From: Microthyrium microscopicum | Taxonomy: Eukaryota | DNA: 64,000 nt | Assembly: GCA_010405405.1 (NCBI GenBank) | Contig: MU004234.1 | Span: 1,887,275-1,951,274 of the forward strand | Direction: 5' to 3' | Part shown: piece by piece, positions 24,291-39,343 of the stretch | How the letters are laid out: each line of letters starts with the position of its first letter | How positions within the stretch are numbered: the first letter of the stretch is position 1 | Translations under genes and position numbers: made by a program | Notes under the pieces: generated by a model | Told to the model about the DNA's origin: nothing | Seen by the model: the letters and a program-made list of their open reading frames with translations, nothing else | Database searches by the model: none

Positions 24291-27200
24291 ATATTAATAT
24301 ACTTATTTTATTACTTTGTTTTATAAATATATTATTAATATAAATAACTTTTATTAATAAAGGATAGTATTATTTAGTAAAGCCTTATAATCTATTAATT
24401 TAATCTAATCCTAATTTAGTACTTTAAAGAGCAAGAAGTAGTCTTTCTATATCTTTATTAGTTAAATCGTAATTAGTAACTTATCTTTCTTACTTACCTT
24501 TATTACTTTTTATATAAACTACTCTAAATTAAAGTTTAGAGATTTAGTATTAATTAGTAGCAAATTATCTAAGCTAGCTAGAGCTTTATTCTAAGAGCTT
24601 CCTACAATAGGTTCTAAATTAGACTCTTTTACTATAGTAATATTTAACTTATCTAACGTAAGTATAGCTATCTATATAAAGAATAAGGTAATTAGGTTAA
24701 TAAGAATTATAGCTAGCTTAATAGCTTATTTAATACTAAATTAATATAAGAATAAGAGTAGTTAATACTATTACTTAACCTATAGATTTTTATTACTTTA
24801 AAGTATATTCTATAATCTTTAGATTAAAGTATTAGCTTTGCTATTATCTTTACTAAGGTAGTATTTAATTAAAAAGTAGAATTATAATAAGAATTTAGCT
24901 TAATATATTTAATAGCATATAAGCTTCTTAGTCTTTATAAAGGTTTAAAGATTCTAATAATCTAAAAATACTTTTATAATATCTTTAGTACTAAATAGCT
25001 TAGGTTTCTACTCCTTAAAAGTATAAATAATAGTAAGTAGTTCTTTATTATAAATATTATAATTATGTTCTACTAGTAATATCTTTTTAGAAAGAAAAGT
25101 AACTAGTCTTAGATTATTATTTATATCTTTTTATAATAATATAGTAGCGTAAGCTTAATTAAATATATCTATCTCTATCTAAGTTTCCTTAGTATAGTTA
25201 AAATACTAAAGTATTAGTATATTAGTAAAGTCTATTTTTAGTTTCTTAAAAGCTTATTTCTTAGGCTTATTAGAGTTCTAAGGAAATATAGCTAGAGTAT
25301 TCTTCTAAGTAAGATTTATTAATAGTACTATTATAGTAAAGTAATTAAAGATAAACTATTAGTAGAAGTTTATAAATCTAAGAAACGCTTATATATCTTT
25401 AAAATAGCTTAGTTATTTCTAATTAGTTATAGTATTAACCTTAAAAGGGTTTATCTTAATACCTTTTATAGTAATAATTAAACTAAGGTATTTTACCTCT
25501 TAAATAGTAAACTCTAACTTCTTAATATTAAGAAATAAGCCTATACGTTCTAATATATTTAGTACTAAATATATATAGGCGTTATATTCTTTTAGTATTT
25601 TACTAAATACTAGAATATTATCTAAATAGATAGTTATAAAATTATTTAAAAACTATATTAGTATATAATTAATATATACTTAGAATATTCTTAGTCCTTC
25701 TATAAGGCTAAAAGGTAGTATTTTAAACTTAAATAGGCTATAGTATATTAAGAATACTATTTTATATTTATCTTTAGATTTAATATAAATATATTTAAAG
25801 ATAGTAATAACGTTAAACTTAAAGTAATATTTTGCCTTTATAAGGTATATAAGCATCTTACTAATAAGTAGTAGAATATTACTATTTTTAATAGTAATAT
25901 TATTTAACTTATAGTAGTTAATATAGATATAGATACCTCTTCTTAGTTTACTTACGTAAAGTATAAGTATAGTATATTAAGATTTAGAACCTATAGCAAA
26001 ACTATACTAGAGTAAACTTTTAATATATTACTTAATAACTAATACCTACTTTAGTAATATTAATATAGATTAGCGTTTTAGAATTTTAGTATTAAAAATA
26101 AGATTAATAGTATAGTTATATTTACTACGATACAATATAAGAATATTTAAATACTTTAGATTAAAGACTTTAAAATATTAGTAGAAATATTCTAGAATAA
26201 GCTTTAAAATCTCTTTCTTTAATAGATAAGAGTAATCTTATTTATCTTACTATTTAAGATAATCCTCTTCTAATATAGCGTATACTATAAGATTTATAAT
26301 AAACCTATTATTATTATTCTTATTATTAGGAGGTTTCTTCTTTTTCTTATTATTAAAATCTTTAGGCTAAAATATATTAACTATAATATCTTTACGCTTT
26401 ATTAGTTTTTTAAACGCTATTATAAATATAAAAGTAATATCTAATTTCTTAAGTAATTTTAAATTTATAAATTATTCTTTTAGGTCTATAGTAATTAGGC
26501 GTTATAATATAATATATATATATAAATCTTATTTATTATCTTTTAGCTACGCTAATGGGCTATGTAGATACTATTCTTACTTTTAGAAAAACCTCTATAG
26601 GGAAACCTATAGTGTTCCTTTAGTTGCCTTCTAGTAGCCTTATTCTATTATTATTATAATACTTTCTTAGTTTACTACTTCTAAATAGAAGGACTTATAT
26701 TATCTCTTTATAAACTATAAGCTTACTAAAGGAATTCTAGTTAGTAGGTTAATATAGTAAGTAATTAGTAGTTACTAGCTATTAGGAGCTCTATATAGCT
26801 TAAGTATACTATATATTATATAAATTCTATACTACGTACTAAGATCTTAATCCTTAATACTATCTTTATTACTAGTTTCTCTTTTAGGACTTATTTATTA
26901 CTTAATTACTTAAGGCTATAGTATTCCTTAGGATTAGTTAAATCTAGCTTCTTAGCGCCTATTTCTATTTAGTATTGCCTTATTATTAAGTTTTACTATT
27001 ATAGTTTAATAAGTTCCTATTAATCTTCTCTTTCCTAGAGGCCTATAGCTATTATCTTTATATAGTTAACTTTTTATATAGTTTTATAATAGGTATATAT
27101 AATACGTATTTCTAAGTTTTTATAATTAATTTCTACCCTTAATAGGCTCTAGTATTGCTATAGCCTTTAGCTATATTAAGCCCTCTCTTTTAATATCTAT

Positions 27201-28389
27201 TAAGTAGAGTATTTATAATACTTCTTAGCTAAGTTTTTCTTATTAATCTATACTCTTTAATACTATATAATAGGCTACTAAATAGCTACTTCTAAGTTTC
27301 TAGTAGTCTATATAGTCTACCTCTAGAGTATAAAGTATTTTAAATCTATATAGTTTTAGTTACTTCTTTCTCTCTAAGTTTTTATTATACCTCTTATTCT
27401 TTCTAATTTTTTTTCTAAGGGTAAGTTCTCTATAGGCTTCTTTTCTTCTTCTTCCTCTTATTTTTAAGTACTTAGTAAATATCTTATACTTATAGGTACT
27501 TTCCTTCTATTATTTCTAAAGAAGGTAAAAACTACTTTATTTATAAATATTAAAAATACTACTTTATCCTTAAATATAAAATTAGCTAGTTTTATTTTAG
27601 CTTTTATTATAAGTTTTTTAGTATTTTTTTATATATAGTATTAACTATTATAATATAGACTATATATACTCTTAATATAAGAATCTATTTATACTATCTC
27701 TAAGTATTATGCTATTATATAGAGTTACTTAATAGTAAGTACCTAGTTAGTTCTAGCGCGTCTATTATAGTAATTATCTATATTTATAGTTAAGCTAGCC
27801 CTAGCTAGTATCTTTACTCTTATTATAAAAAGTAATATTCTAAGTATAAGACTATAAGTATATTTTTATTCTTAATCTTTTATCTTTTCTAATATTATAA
27901 TAAAGTACTAGTAGAGTTAAAGAAGTAAGGTAAACACTTCTAATATACTTTTAATAAAGTAATAGCTAACCTAGTTAACCCTTATTAAAGTATTAAAGAG
28001 TACGTATTATTAAGTATAAATAAGGAGGCTACTAAGTAGGTAGAGGTTATAAAGGATTTAGTAAGTAAGTTTATTAGCTATAGGGCCTAGTTTACTTCTA
28101 CTATAGCTTTATTAGCGTAGTAAAAGAAGAAGAAGCTAAAGGTTAATATAGCTATGCTAGTTACTAATTTAGCTTACTTATAAGCTATTTTATTAGAGTT
28201 TTATACTTAAAGTATAAAGATAGATTTATTAGTAGAGATATCTTAGTTATTAAGTAGAGTAGTAGTATTATTTAATAAAGAGTAGTAAATAGATATAGAA
28301 TAAAATTAATTATATTTTTAGACTTAGCTATTTCTTTTATAATTATATATTACTAGCCTATTAGTATTATAGTATTATAGTTAATTATT

Positions 28390-31300
28390 TATAAGATTCT
28401 TAAGTCTTAGTAGTTCTTTATACGCTTTAAGGTTTATTTTTATAATCTTTTTAGTTAGCCTAAATTGCTAAAGAGCTTTACTCTTTAGTAGCTATTTAGT
28501 TGCTACCTAGGTATCCTTTAGATTAGAGAGTATATAGGTCTTATTTAGTATTATTACTTATTCTAGTAATCTTTCTTTATAATATTATAGATAGTTTAGT
28601 AGTATATAGTAAACTATTTATTACTAGTAATTATATAGGTACTATAGTAAGAGAACTATTAGTACCTATATATTATATAGCTAGTTATTAAGTCTAATAA
28701 CTTTTAATTATATAAGGAAGAGCACTATTACTTATACTTTATTAAGACTATTATAAAGCTTAATTAGTTAGTTACTTTATAATATTTTCTACGCTATAGT
28801 AATATACTACTATGTCCTTATAAGCTATACTTAAGTATTTATTTAGAGCTTATAGTAATATGCCCTAATTAGGGATATCTTTAGCTTTAGTTTAGTTTTT
28901 ATTTTTTTCTCTTTTTATAGCATATTATTTATTAGTTACGTTACTTATTTATAGTTAGTATCTTATTTTTACTTTATCTCTAATTTCTTTTTTTATTACT
29001 TTAGTATATTAATTCCTTAAGTTATAACCTTAGTTACGCATATTTATATTAGTTTAAGCGTTACTAGACTTCTTAGTTATTACTACTAGGAAGGTATCCT
29101 CTAGTTTCTTAAGAGGTTTACCTAGTATACTTTAGTAATAATTTTACTTATTTTTTATATTATTATTAAGTCTTTATTCTTATTAATATATTCTTCTACT
29201 AAAATTATAGTATTTATTTAGAGTAGTTTAATTCCTATTTCCTTATTTAATAAAGTAATAAGAGTTTTTTAGTATTTTTCTATTATCTTATAGAGTATAT
29301 TATTCTAAACTATTACTAGTAGTTTATAATAATCCTTTAGTACTTTAGAAGATAGTAATCCTAAATCCTATATTTATACTCTATATATAAGAATTAGCCT
29401 AATAACTATTATATAAAGGAGCTTTATTTTTCTAAAGACTAGTCTTTATTTTAACTATGCTATTCTTAAAAGTATTATTACTTACTTAAATCCTTTAGTT
29501 TTAGTCTTTTTAATATAGTCTTTTTAGTTTATCTTTCTATTTATTTATATACTTAGTATCCTAATACTTTTTAGTATAAGCTTAGTAAATATACTATTTA
29601 TTATTATTATAGATTATAAGTCTACTTCTAGGTAGTAGATATTTTAAGTAAAGTATATTACTTAGTACTTATTAAGAATAAACTTTATACTATATTTATT
29701 TACTTAGTTAGTATACTTTTAGTAGGTTTTTTCTAGTCTTATATAGTTTTCTTAGGTAGTATTACTTTATATAACTAATATAGTATTATTTATAAACCTA
29801 AATCTAAAAATGTTATTATTAATATCTTAGAAGTATTTTAGTAGTTCTAATATAAAGAAAAGGAAGAGGATAGGTAAGAGGGAGAATTTTTAGGGGATCT
29901 CTATATTAGTTATTATTACTAGGCTTTAATGCTTAGTAAATATAATTTAGGTTATATAATTAGTAGTAAAGCTTACTACTATGTTAATTAGCTACTAAGG
30001 AACTTCTTTTATCTCTAAAATATATAGAAGTCTCCTTAGATTAATATTATTATATGCTCCTTAAAAGTTAAGGCTAAGTACTAATACTATAGCTCTTACG
30101 TTTTTCTTCTATACTACCTTAATAGTACTCCTTAGGAGCTATACTATTATTAGCGTTAACTACCTTACCCTAGCCCTTATCTAGTTCTAGAGTAGTAGGT
30201 TATTATCTTTTATAAGTTAGGTAAGTCTATTAGTAATAATCTTTTTAACTAACTTTGCTATAATATTCTTAAGGATAATTAGCTAGTAGGCTAATAGTAG
30301 TAAGTAGTCTTTCTTACCTAGCTTTTTTAGTACTAGCGTATAGAATTACTTTAAGTATTCTAAAATTATACTACTTATTAATATTTTGCTAATTATAGGT
30401 ACTAGTCTTTTACTAAATTCTATTAGTTTTAGATTATTACCCTTCTTTTTAGGCTATACCTTAAGCCTAAGAGCCTTTAGGACCTTATTTAGTATATTAA
30501 TAGGTCTTATTACCTTATAATTTAGAAGGCTACTAATTACGTAATCTATTTTTTTTACTATTATTTTATAGTTTATCTCTAGTTCTAGAAGTAGGATAGT
30601 ATTTTCTATATTACTTAGGTCTATTACTCTAGTTTAAGGAAAGAACTTTATAGATAGTATATTTACTTTACTTTAGTTATTATAAGTATAGTTATTACTA
30701 GTTATCTATCTAAGTACTAGTAGGTATAGGTCTTCTTTTAGTTTACTAGCTTTAATTTTTATTTACTTACTTATTCTTTATAGGCCTTAGTTCTTATAGC
30801 GCTTATAATTTTCTATAATCTCTTCTATAAAGGTTTACTAAAATATTACTTTATCCTAGCGTAGAGATTTCCTTAGCTAAGCTATAACTAATTTATATAT
30901 ATACTTATCTTAGTTATTTCTTATTTAAAAGTATCTTTTCTTTATATAATACTTTCTTTATATTAGTAAGGTAGTTATAGGTAACTACCTATATAAAGCT
31001 TACTTTAAGGGTTTTACTTTTAAGTAGTAAATCTCTAATACTTCTATTATTACTCTATATAGGGCCTTTATTAGTATATCTTTAGTATTCTATAAGCTAT
31101 TATTTATATATTTAATAAATTATTCTATATCTAGTTTTTATATATTATACTATACTTTTAGTATATACTTCTCTTATCCTAGGGTAAGCTAGATTAATAC
31201 TAGGATATAATCTTCTATTAGTACCTAGGTATTAACTAGGCTATAGAACTCTAGTCTTTCTTAAAGGAATTAAGATATAAATATAAAGTTAATTACTATC

Positions 31301-31885
31301 TTTATTACTCTTACTTTTCTTTCCTTATATAATCTATAGGTTAGCTCTCTTTTTAGTATACCTAGATAGAGTCTCTACTAGATTATATTATAGAGTAAGG
31401 TATTTACTTAGAGTTTAGTAGCTAATACTATGCTTTTCTATTAATAGTAGTAGTAATTAAAGTCTTCTACTAATAAGATCTTTTCTTTTACTTTATTAAT
31501 TATCTTTATTAGTATTAGGTATTTAGTAATATAGTTATAGTTACTTACTACTAAGCCTTTACTATATATATTAATAATTATTAGTATTATATACTTATAC
31601 TAGAGGCGTAGTATTAAGATAAATTAGTTATAATATTTTACTTACTAGTTCTCTATATTAAGTACTTTACTTATTATAAAGTATACTTTTAATTAATTAT
31701 TCTAATTATATACTAAAGCATAGCTAGGAGGGTAGTACGTTTTTTTTAGCTTTATAATTCCTTTAGGGTCTTAGACTACTATAATTAGTTACTTAGTATT
31801 ATTTAGTAAATTAAAGAATAGTTTTACTTCTTTTTTATTTAACCTTCTATAGTTATATTAAATAATATTAATACTATTTATTTAA
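28390..31885 (-). pseudogene. LINE ORF2 relic: AP endonuclease, RT, C-terminal zinc finger
   Basis: After reverting RIP: IIQYN/QDP (~31.8 kb), GDFN-like (~31.6 kb), PGKKDY..AYRPI (~30.3 kb), GIPQ.SPLSPILFLF (~29.9 kb), FVDD (~29.79 kb), C.C...QTV.H (~28.6 kb). Confidence 0.85.
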
Positions 31886-31905
31886 GTCTATTATTTAGAT
31901 TTTAC

Positions 31906-32132
31906 TGTAATGATTCCTCTTTATAGGCTTTATAGCGGTATTGTGAGAGAGATCTTATTATAAGATCACGTGCTAGACCTAAGGGAGTTAACACGCCTAA
32001 GGATCTACTAAGTAGACTTACTTCCCTCGTAGATCTATAGCTCTTCTAGATCTTCTTCTCTCTCTTTCTTATTTATAGATTCTAGAATATAATCTAATTA
32101 TTTGCTTACTCTAAGTTCCATAGCTCGTTATA
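31906..32132 (+). repeat. 5' LTR of Gypsy D
   Basis: 227-bp direct repeat of 39344-39570. Confidence 0.93.
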
Positions 32133-35100
32133 TAATCTATGAACTATTTAACTACTTATACGCTTATACTACGCATCCTAGAATTTACTTTTAAAGAAGC
32201 GCTTATATAGATTAACATCCTATACGCGTAGTCTTAGACCCTATTAAAGATTCTTTATAGATTTACTAAATTTATTAGCCCTACTAACCCCTTATCTAAT
32301 TAGAGCGTTAGAATTCTCTAATACTCTTTAACCTATTAATAGTCTTAGCGTTAATTACCCCTTATCCTTAGTTCTATAGAATACTAAAGTTTGTCTTCTA
32401 TACTACTACTAAATATCTATAATTATACTTAATATACTTACTATTAAGACGCGCTAAATAAATAAGTGTTCTTTCCTAGTATCCTTCTTTATTATTTATA
32501 ACTATAGCTAATAAGGCTCCTAACTAATGAACCTAAGTTAATAGCTATATAGCCTGCTTGCTATCTTTAATTACTTATACTTAGCCTAATAATTAGTGCT
32601 TATCTCTATCTCTTATATACTTACGTTACTTATCTTCGTTACGTTACCCCTTTATTATGCGTGCTAAGTATTAAAGTAGACTTAATACTTAGGATATAGT
32701 ATAATTAGATACTACCTAGAAAGTAGTAGATTTAGTAGAGAGCGTCTTAGGACTATTAAAACTACTAGAACCTAACTTAAGAGCATTATTAGAAAATAAA
32801 GACGAGTTAGAAGATAATTATCTATTAGAATAAGGCTATAAAGGTAAAGAGACTAAAGCGTTAAAAGACGCTCCTTAAAATACTAGTTAAATAACTTTAC
32901 TAAACTAAATAAATATAAGAGATAACTAGTTGCTAGCTTTTTTCTAACCTAATAATAATACTAGACTTTCTTTTAAAATATATAAATAGCTAATAGAACT
33001 ATATTAGTAAGCTAAAGGCCCTAGAGTACTACTTATATTAATATCTTACTACTTTATAGTAGTAGACCTTAATTAACTAGTTACTCTAACTATTAATAAG
33101 AACCTTTTAATCTTCTAAGCTACTTAAGTACGAAAGATGCCTAGTAAAGAAGGTAATAAGCTAAAAGACGTAGGAGTATACTTCTATTATAAAGAAAAGT
33201 AATTAGACCTCTATTACTACTCTTACTACCTAATTAAATTAGGTATAGACCTAGAATGTCTATTAAAAAAAGAGATTATGTTAGATAACCTAGTTATATA
33301 GCTCTACGCCTTATTATTAGCTTCTTAAACTATAGCCTACCTCTTTAAAATTAAGTAGAATATAAATGCTTATAATATAGACTTAATCTATACTCTCTAA
33401 GAAGAAGCTTTAGAAGCTTAGGAAGAGATATAAGACTTAGCTAAAACTAATAATAAACGCGCAAAGTAGATTACTTACCTTAAAGCGTAGATTTAAGATA
33501 ATACTATTGCCCTTAAGGAAGTAGTAACTACTTACTAAAAAGTATAGGAGCTATAATATAATAATAACTTACTTAAGGAAGTACTTACTACTTATATTAA
33601 TAAGATTAGTAAATACCATAAGGCTTTATAGGAGAAAGTAGATAAAGCTACTATCCTTTAAGCCTAGGTTAACGCCCTTTAAAAGAAACTTTTAGCTACT
33701 AAGGCGACTAATCCCTATCTTAATTATAATAAGTTAGTAGACGATAATCTATTCTGCTAGACCTCTCTAGCTTAGGATATAGACTAATCTAACTTAAATA
33801 TATCTTTAAGGGTACTAGATTTATATTAAATTACTTTCTTCTCTAACCTTAACTTAATTAGTAGCGTCTCTCTTCTTAAAGTATAGAGTAATAAGCCTTT
33901 ACTCTTCTTAAGAAAGAATAAGTAGAAGTACTACGCTTAGAAAGGCAAAGTACTAGACTATCTTAATAATAACGCATAAGTCTATCTTATAGAAGCCTTT
34001 AAGATCTAAGTCATCTAAGGAGTAATAGAGGATTAGGCGTTTAGTACTATTAATAAGTAGAGTAACTATAAGTTAACTAACCTATATTTATCTATAGTAG
34101 AGATATAGTCTAATCTAGACTATAAGTATAGTATTAAAGATAGCTACATTATTACTAAGACCTAGCTTAAAAGTTAAGAAGCTATAATAAAGCCTACTAA
34201 GAAGCTTAAATAATTCCTAGCTTACTTCTTAGAGAACTTATAAGAGGCTAAGCTTAGTAATTAAGATAAGATTATTAAAATACGTTCCCTTTTACTCCTA
34301 AAATTCGTAGAGAGAGTACTCTTCGTAAAATTAAAAATATTTATAGATTTCCTTAAGAGCTTATATACTATTACTTATTATATTAAATACGTCCCCTCTA
34401 CTAATTCATAAAGCTATAATAATAATAATCGTTTAGTAGCTAAGGGTAGCAAACAAAAACCTAAGTTTAATTACCTTTTAGATATTTATAATGCCTTAAA
34501 GGCTAACAACTATTATATAAAGTATAGAGAGAAAGGCTATAGCTATTAGCATAACTTAGCACTATATAAGGATAGAGATACCTTATTAGATGCCAAAATT
34601 TGACTAAAAGTTATAGCTATTATTATAGAGTTTACTACTATCTATAATTAAATTACTACTTAATCTCCTTAGTCTCTAACTATAGAGGATAATTATAATA
34701 AGTACAATTATAGCAACGATATAGAAAACTAAAAGCTCCTTTATAGAGACGCGCGAAGAAGCTAAATAAGTAAGAAGTATATAATTAGTAACGAAAGAAG
34801 AATAAACCTAACCCTAAGCTAGTTCTTATAAAAGAACAAATCTAATATAAGGTTAATAAGACTATCTAGTGCCTAGAAGTTAACCTCTAATAAGCATTGT
34901 CCCTAGAGCCTATTATATTTAATAATACTAAGTTAGCTATTATTAAGATATTCCTTATCTTTATAGTATATAATTTTCGCCCTTAAGAAGTAGCTACTAT
35001 ACTTATAGTAAGTAATTAGTAGACTACTTACAGTACTATATTCTCTCTAAAGTAAGGCTACTACTTAAAAATTAATATTCTTATAGATATAGGAAGTAGA

Positions 35101-38100
35101 GTAATAAGAATTATTTACCCTAACTTTATTAAATAATATAGGATCTCTACTATTAATCTCTTCGCCCCCTAAATTATATAATTAGCTAATAGTAAGGCTA
35201 TTATAAAGGTTAATAAAGCTACTATAGTTAACGTCTATTTAGAAGGGTATATTAAATAAATCTACTACTTTATTATAAACGTAGCTAGCTACGATATTAT
35301 TCTTAGTAATCTATAGATTAACCTCTATAAAGTTACTCTTAAAAGAGGAAAGAAGTAAATCCTCTTTAATTTAGACTATTACTTAGTATATTACTTACTA
35401 GCTAATTGCCTAATCTCTATAGATTATAAAGGCTATTTAGTTAACCTAACTAATCCTTACTTTAAGAATATTACTATAGTTAGTATTACCGCCTTTATTA
35501 AACTACTAGAATAAGGCTAGTAATTTAGTAAAATCTAGCCTAATAATTTTAAAGATGAAAAAGATAAGAAACCTCTAGATCTAGATCCTATGCTAAAAGA
35601 AGATATCGCTATTAATTTAGGCAAGATCTTACCTAAGGATTTTAAAAAGTAGCGAGAGAAGTATAATAAATCTCCCCTCTTATAAGAAGAGATTCTTAAA
35701 TACTTACTAAAAGAATATTACTATTATATAGACATCTTTAACCTAAAATTAAGCAATAAACTTATACTATACTATAGCGAATAAGATTACTCTATTAATA
35801 TTATCCTAGATGCTATAATTCCTAAATACTACTATAATAGCCTAAGTCACTAGGAATCCTTTATTATTAAATAATACGTTAATTAGATACTTAGTTAAGA
35901 TTAAGTTTAGGCTAGCAAATTATATTACGCCATACTAATGCTATATGTATATAAACTAAGAGAAGGAATTTAAGTTTATATTAATTACTACAGACTTAAT
36001 AAGATTATATAAAAGAATCATAACGTTTCTTTATAGCTATTAGAAACTTTAACCTATATCTATTACGTAAAATACTTCTCTAAGTTTAACGTTATTGCTA
36101 CCTTTATATATATCTATATTAAACCTAGCAATAAATATAAAACTATATTCCTAACTTACTATAGGTTATATAAATTTAAAGTTATGCCCTTTAGCCTTAC
36201 TAAAGCCTTAGGGACCTTTTAAGCTTATCTTAACTATATTCTAATTAATTACCTTAACGACTTTATTATAAGCTATATAGACGATCTATTAGTCTTTAGT
36301 AATACTAAAGCTAGCTATACTACCTATACCTACTTAGTCTTAAAAGTAATAAATAAAGTAGGATTATACTTAAATATCTAGAAGTGTAAATTTAATACTT
36401 AATAAGTTAAATACCTTAGCCTAATTATTACTACTAAAGGCATTAAAATAAACCTAAAGAAGATTTAAAGTATAGTTAACTAGTAACGTTCCTCTTTAGT
36501 TAAAAACGTTTAAGCTTTCCTTAGCTTTACTAACTTCTATTACTAATTTATTCTTAAATACTTAAAGACTATAGTACTACTAATAGTACTTATAAAGAAG
36601 GACGCTATAGCAATCTTCTCTTAAGACCCTAATAGGCTAGAAGAACGCGCGTTTAAGAAGCTAAAGATAGACTTTACGTTTACTAAGATATTATGCTACT
36701 TTAACTATATTAAAGAAACATAGCTAGAAATAGATGCCTTAGATTAAGTTTATGCCGTAGTTCTCTCTTAAAAAGGTAATAATAGGAAGCTTTACCTAGT
36801 TATATACCTCTTAAAGAAGATAACTCTAATAGAATATAATTATAATATTTATAATAAAGAGCTTCTAGCTATTATCTATATATTTAAGGAATAAGAACTA
36901 GAGCTATTTAGCTCTATCAACCCTATTTAAGTATTCTTTAATTACTATAACCTTTAGACGTTTATAATAACAAAACGTCTCTTTTAACAATAAGCTAGAT
37001 AGGCTAAGTTCTTCTCCTAGTTTTACTTTAAGATAAAGTACTAACTAGGTATAGCTAACGAAAAGGTAGATGCCCTTACCTATTAGTTATAAGATATCTT
37101 ACAAAGTAATAACGATCCTTATATCTTTTAATAAGTCTAACCTTTACTATTCCTATATTAATTTAATATAGACTATATAGTAAAGCTAGCTATATTGCTT
37201 ATTAAACCCGCCCACCTCTTAATACTATACCTAGCTACTATTACTTAGGATAAGTTAGATATTTCTAATCCTATAGGTAAGCTACTTAATCCTATAGAAG
37301 AGTCTCTTAGTAATAATAAGACGCCTAAGAATAAGCTACTTAATTTCTTAGAAGATAACTTATTCCTAAATTTTAATAGCGACTAGTTTTTATAGGATAT
37401 TGTAAATATAATAGAATATAACAAAACGATAATTACTATTTACTACGCTAAAACTAACTACTAGCTCTTCTTACCCTTTAGTACTCTAGAATAAGAGCAA
37501 ATTAAGCTTAGAGACTATATAGTAGCTACTAACAAAATAATCCTTTACTATAATTAAATCTTTATCCCTTAAGGAAAGCTTTAGCGCCACGCTATATAGA
37601 GCGCATATAGCTATAAAGCTATAGGCTACAATAGAGCAGTAACAACTTACTACTACCTATAAGAAAATTACTAGTAGCCTAAGATATCATAGGACGTTAA
37701 GAGCTTTGTTAAGGGCTATAAGTATATATTTACTAAACTAGTTTGCTAAAAGAAGTAAAGCTTTCTACGATAATTCCCTCTTCCTAAGTACGTATAGTTT
37801 AATATCTCTATTAATTTCGCCATCTTATTACCTTATTATTTATACTAAGGCGTAATCTACTAGCACGTTATAATAGTTATTAACTAATACATACAGACCT
37901 AATGCTTTATTTTGCTACTAGACCTTTCTATAGATTTAATAGTACTAGCCTTTATTAACTACGTATAAAAGCTTATTAGCTAGCTATTAATAATTCTTTT
38001 AGATTATAGTAGCTAATTTACCTTTATATTCTAGAAGCGTTTATACAAATACGTAGGTATAATACTTCGCCTTAGTATAGCATTTTACCCTAAAACTAAT

Positions 38101-39214
38101 AGTATAATAGAAATCTTAGTTATTATACTTAAGTAGTTCTTACGCGTATTTATTAACTAGGATTAAGATAACTAGGTAGCCCTTTTGCCCTTTACTAAAT
38201 TTATAGTTAATTTCACTATAAACGCTACTATAGGAGTTATACCTTTTAAAGCTTAAAATAGATTTAACCCTTAATTAGGCCTTAAGTCCTTATATTACCT
38301 CTTAAAACCTATAAATGCCTCTATAGTAGCTAATAAGGAAGCTATTAATGTAGACATAATATAGAAGGGTCGTACTAAGATATATAATTATCTAATAGAG
38401 TAATTAATCTAGGCATAAGCTTAGTAGGTAGAGTATGCTAACTACTACTACTATATAGCTCTAGACCTATTATTAAGTAACTAGGTTTACTTAGATATAC
38501 AGAACTACCCTACGTTATATCCCTTAAAAACTCTAGACGATAAGAATATAGGCTCCTTCTATATAATTAAAAAGATTAATACTATTACCTATAAACTTAA
38601 TCTCTTCGCTTCTATAAAGATATATAATATCTTCTACGCCTAGGTCCTCTACTATATTATAGACGACACTAAGCTACTTAAGTACGCTAACCTACTACTA
38701 GTAGTTATTAGAGAGACTATAAACGACGACAAATAGTTTATTAACGCTATTATTAATAGCTGCTTTACTAGTCAATATAAGAAGCTATAATATAAGATTA
38801 AGTATACTAGTTATAATAAAGCTAAATAGTATAATTAGATAGCTGCTAAGAATGCGTTAGAGCTTATTACTAAGTTTTACGCTTAGTACCTTAGTAAGCT
38901 AGGCCTATATCCTACTTAGATACTACTAATACTAAAGCCTACTAGTAATAGTATTAATTACGACTCTAATAGTATTCTTACTAATTAAAAGGAGTAAAAT
39001 AATTATACTACTAATTCCTTTATATTAATAGGATTACTAACTACTAGACTACTAGGACTTAAGAACTAGAGTATTCTAAGGATATCTTAGGGTTTATTAA
39101 TACTTCTTAATAGTTACCTTAGTAGGCTAGAGGTTAAGATACTCTAAATAACTAGTAAGGTTAGTATTATACTATAGAAGGATCAAAATATCGTTTATTA
39201 TTAAAAGTTTGTTA

Positions 39215-39270
39215 GACTAGACTAGACTAGACTAGACTAAACTAGACTAGACTAGATTAGACTAGATTAG
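39215..39270 (+). repeat. (ACTAG)n pentamer array in the Gypsy D 3' UTR
   Basis: ~11 tandem pentamers upstream of the PPT. Confidence 0.85.
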
Positions 39271-39343
39271 GATAAAATAGATTAGGAAAGTAGATATAAT
39301 TAGTAGTTTATAGCTTAGAGAGCTATACTAAAGGAAGGGGTCG

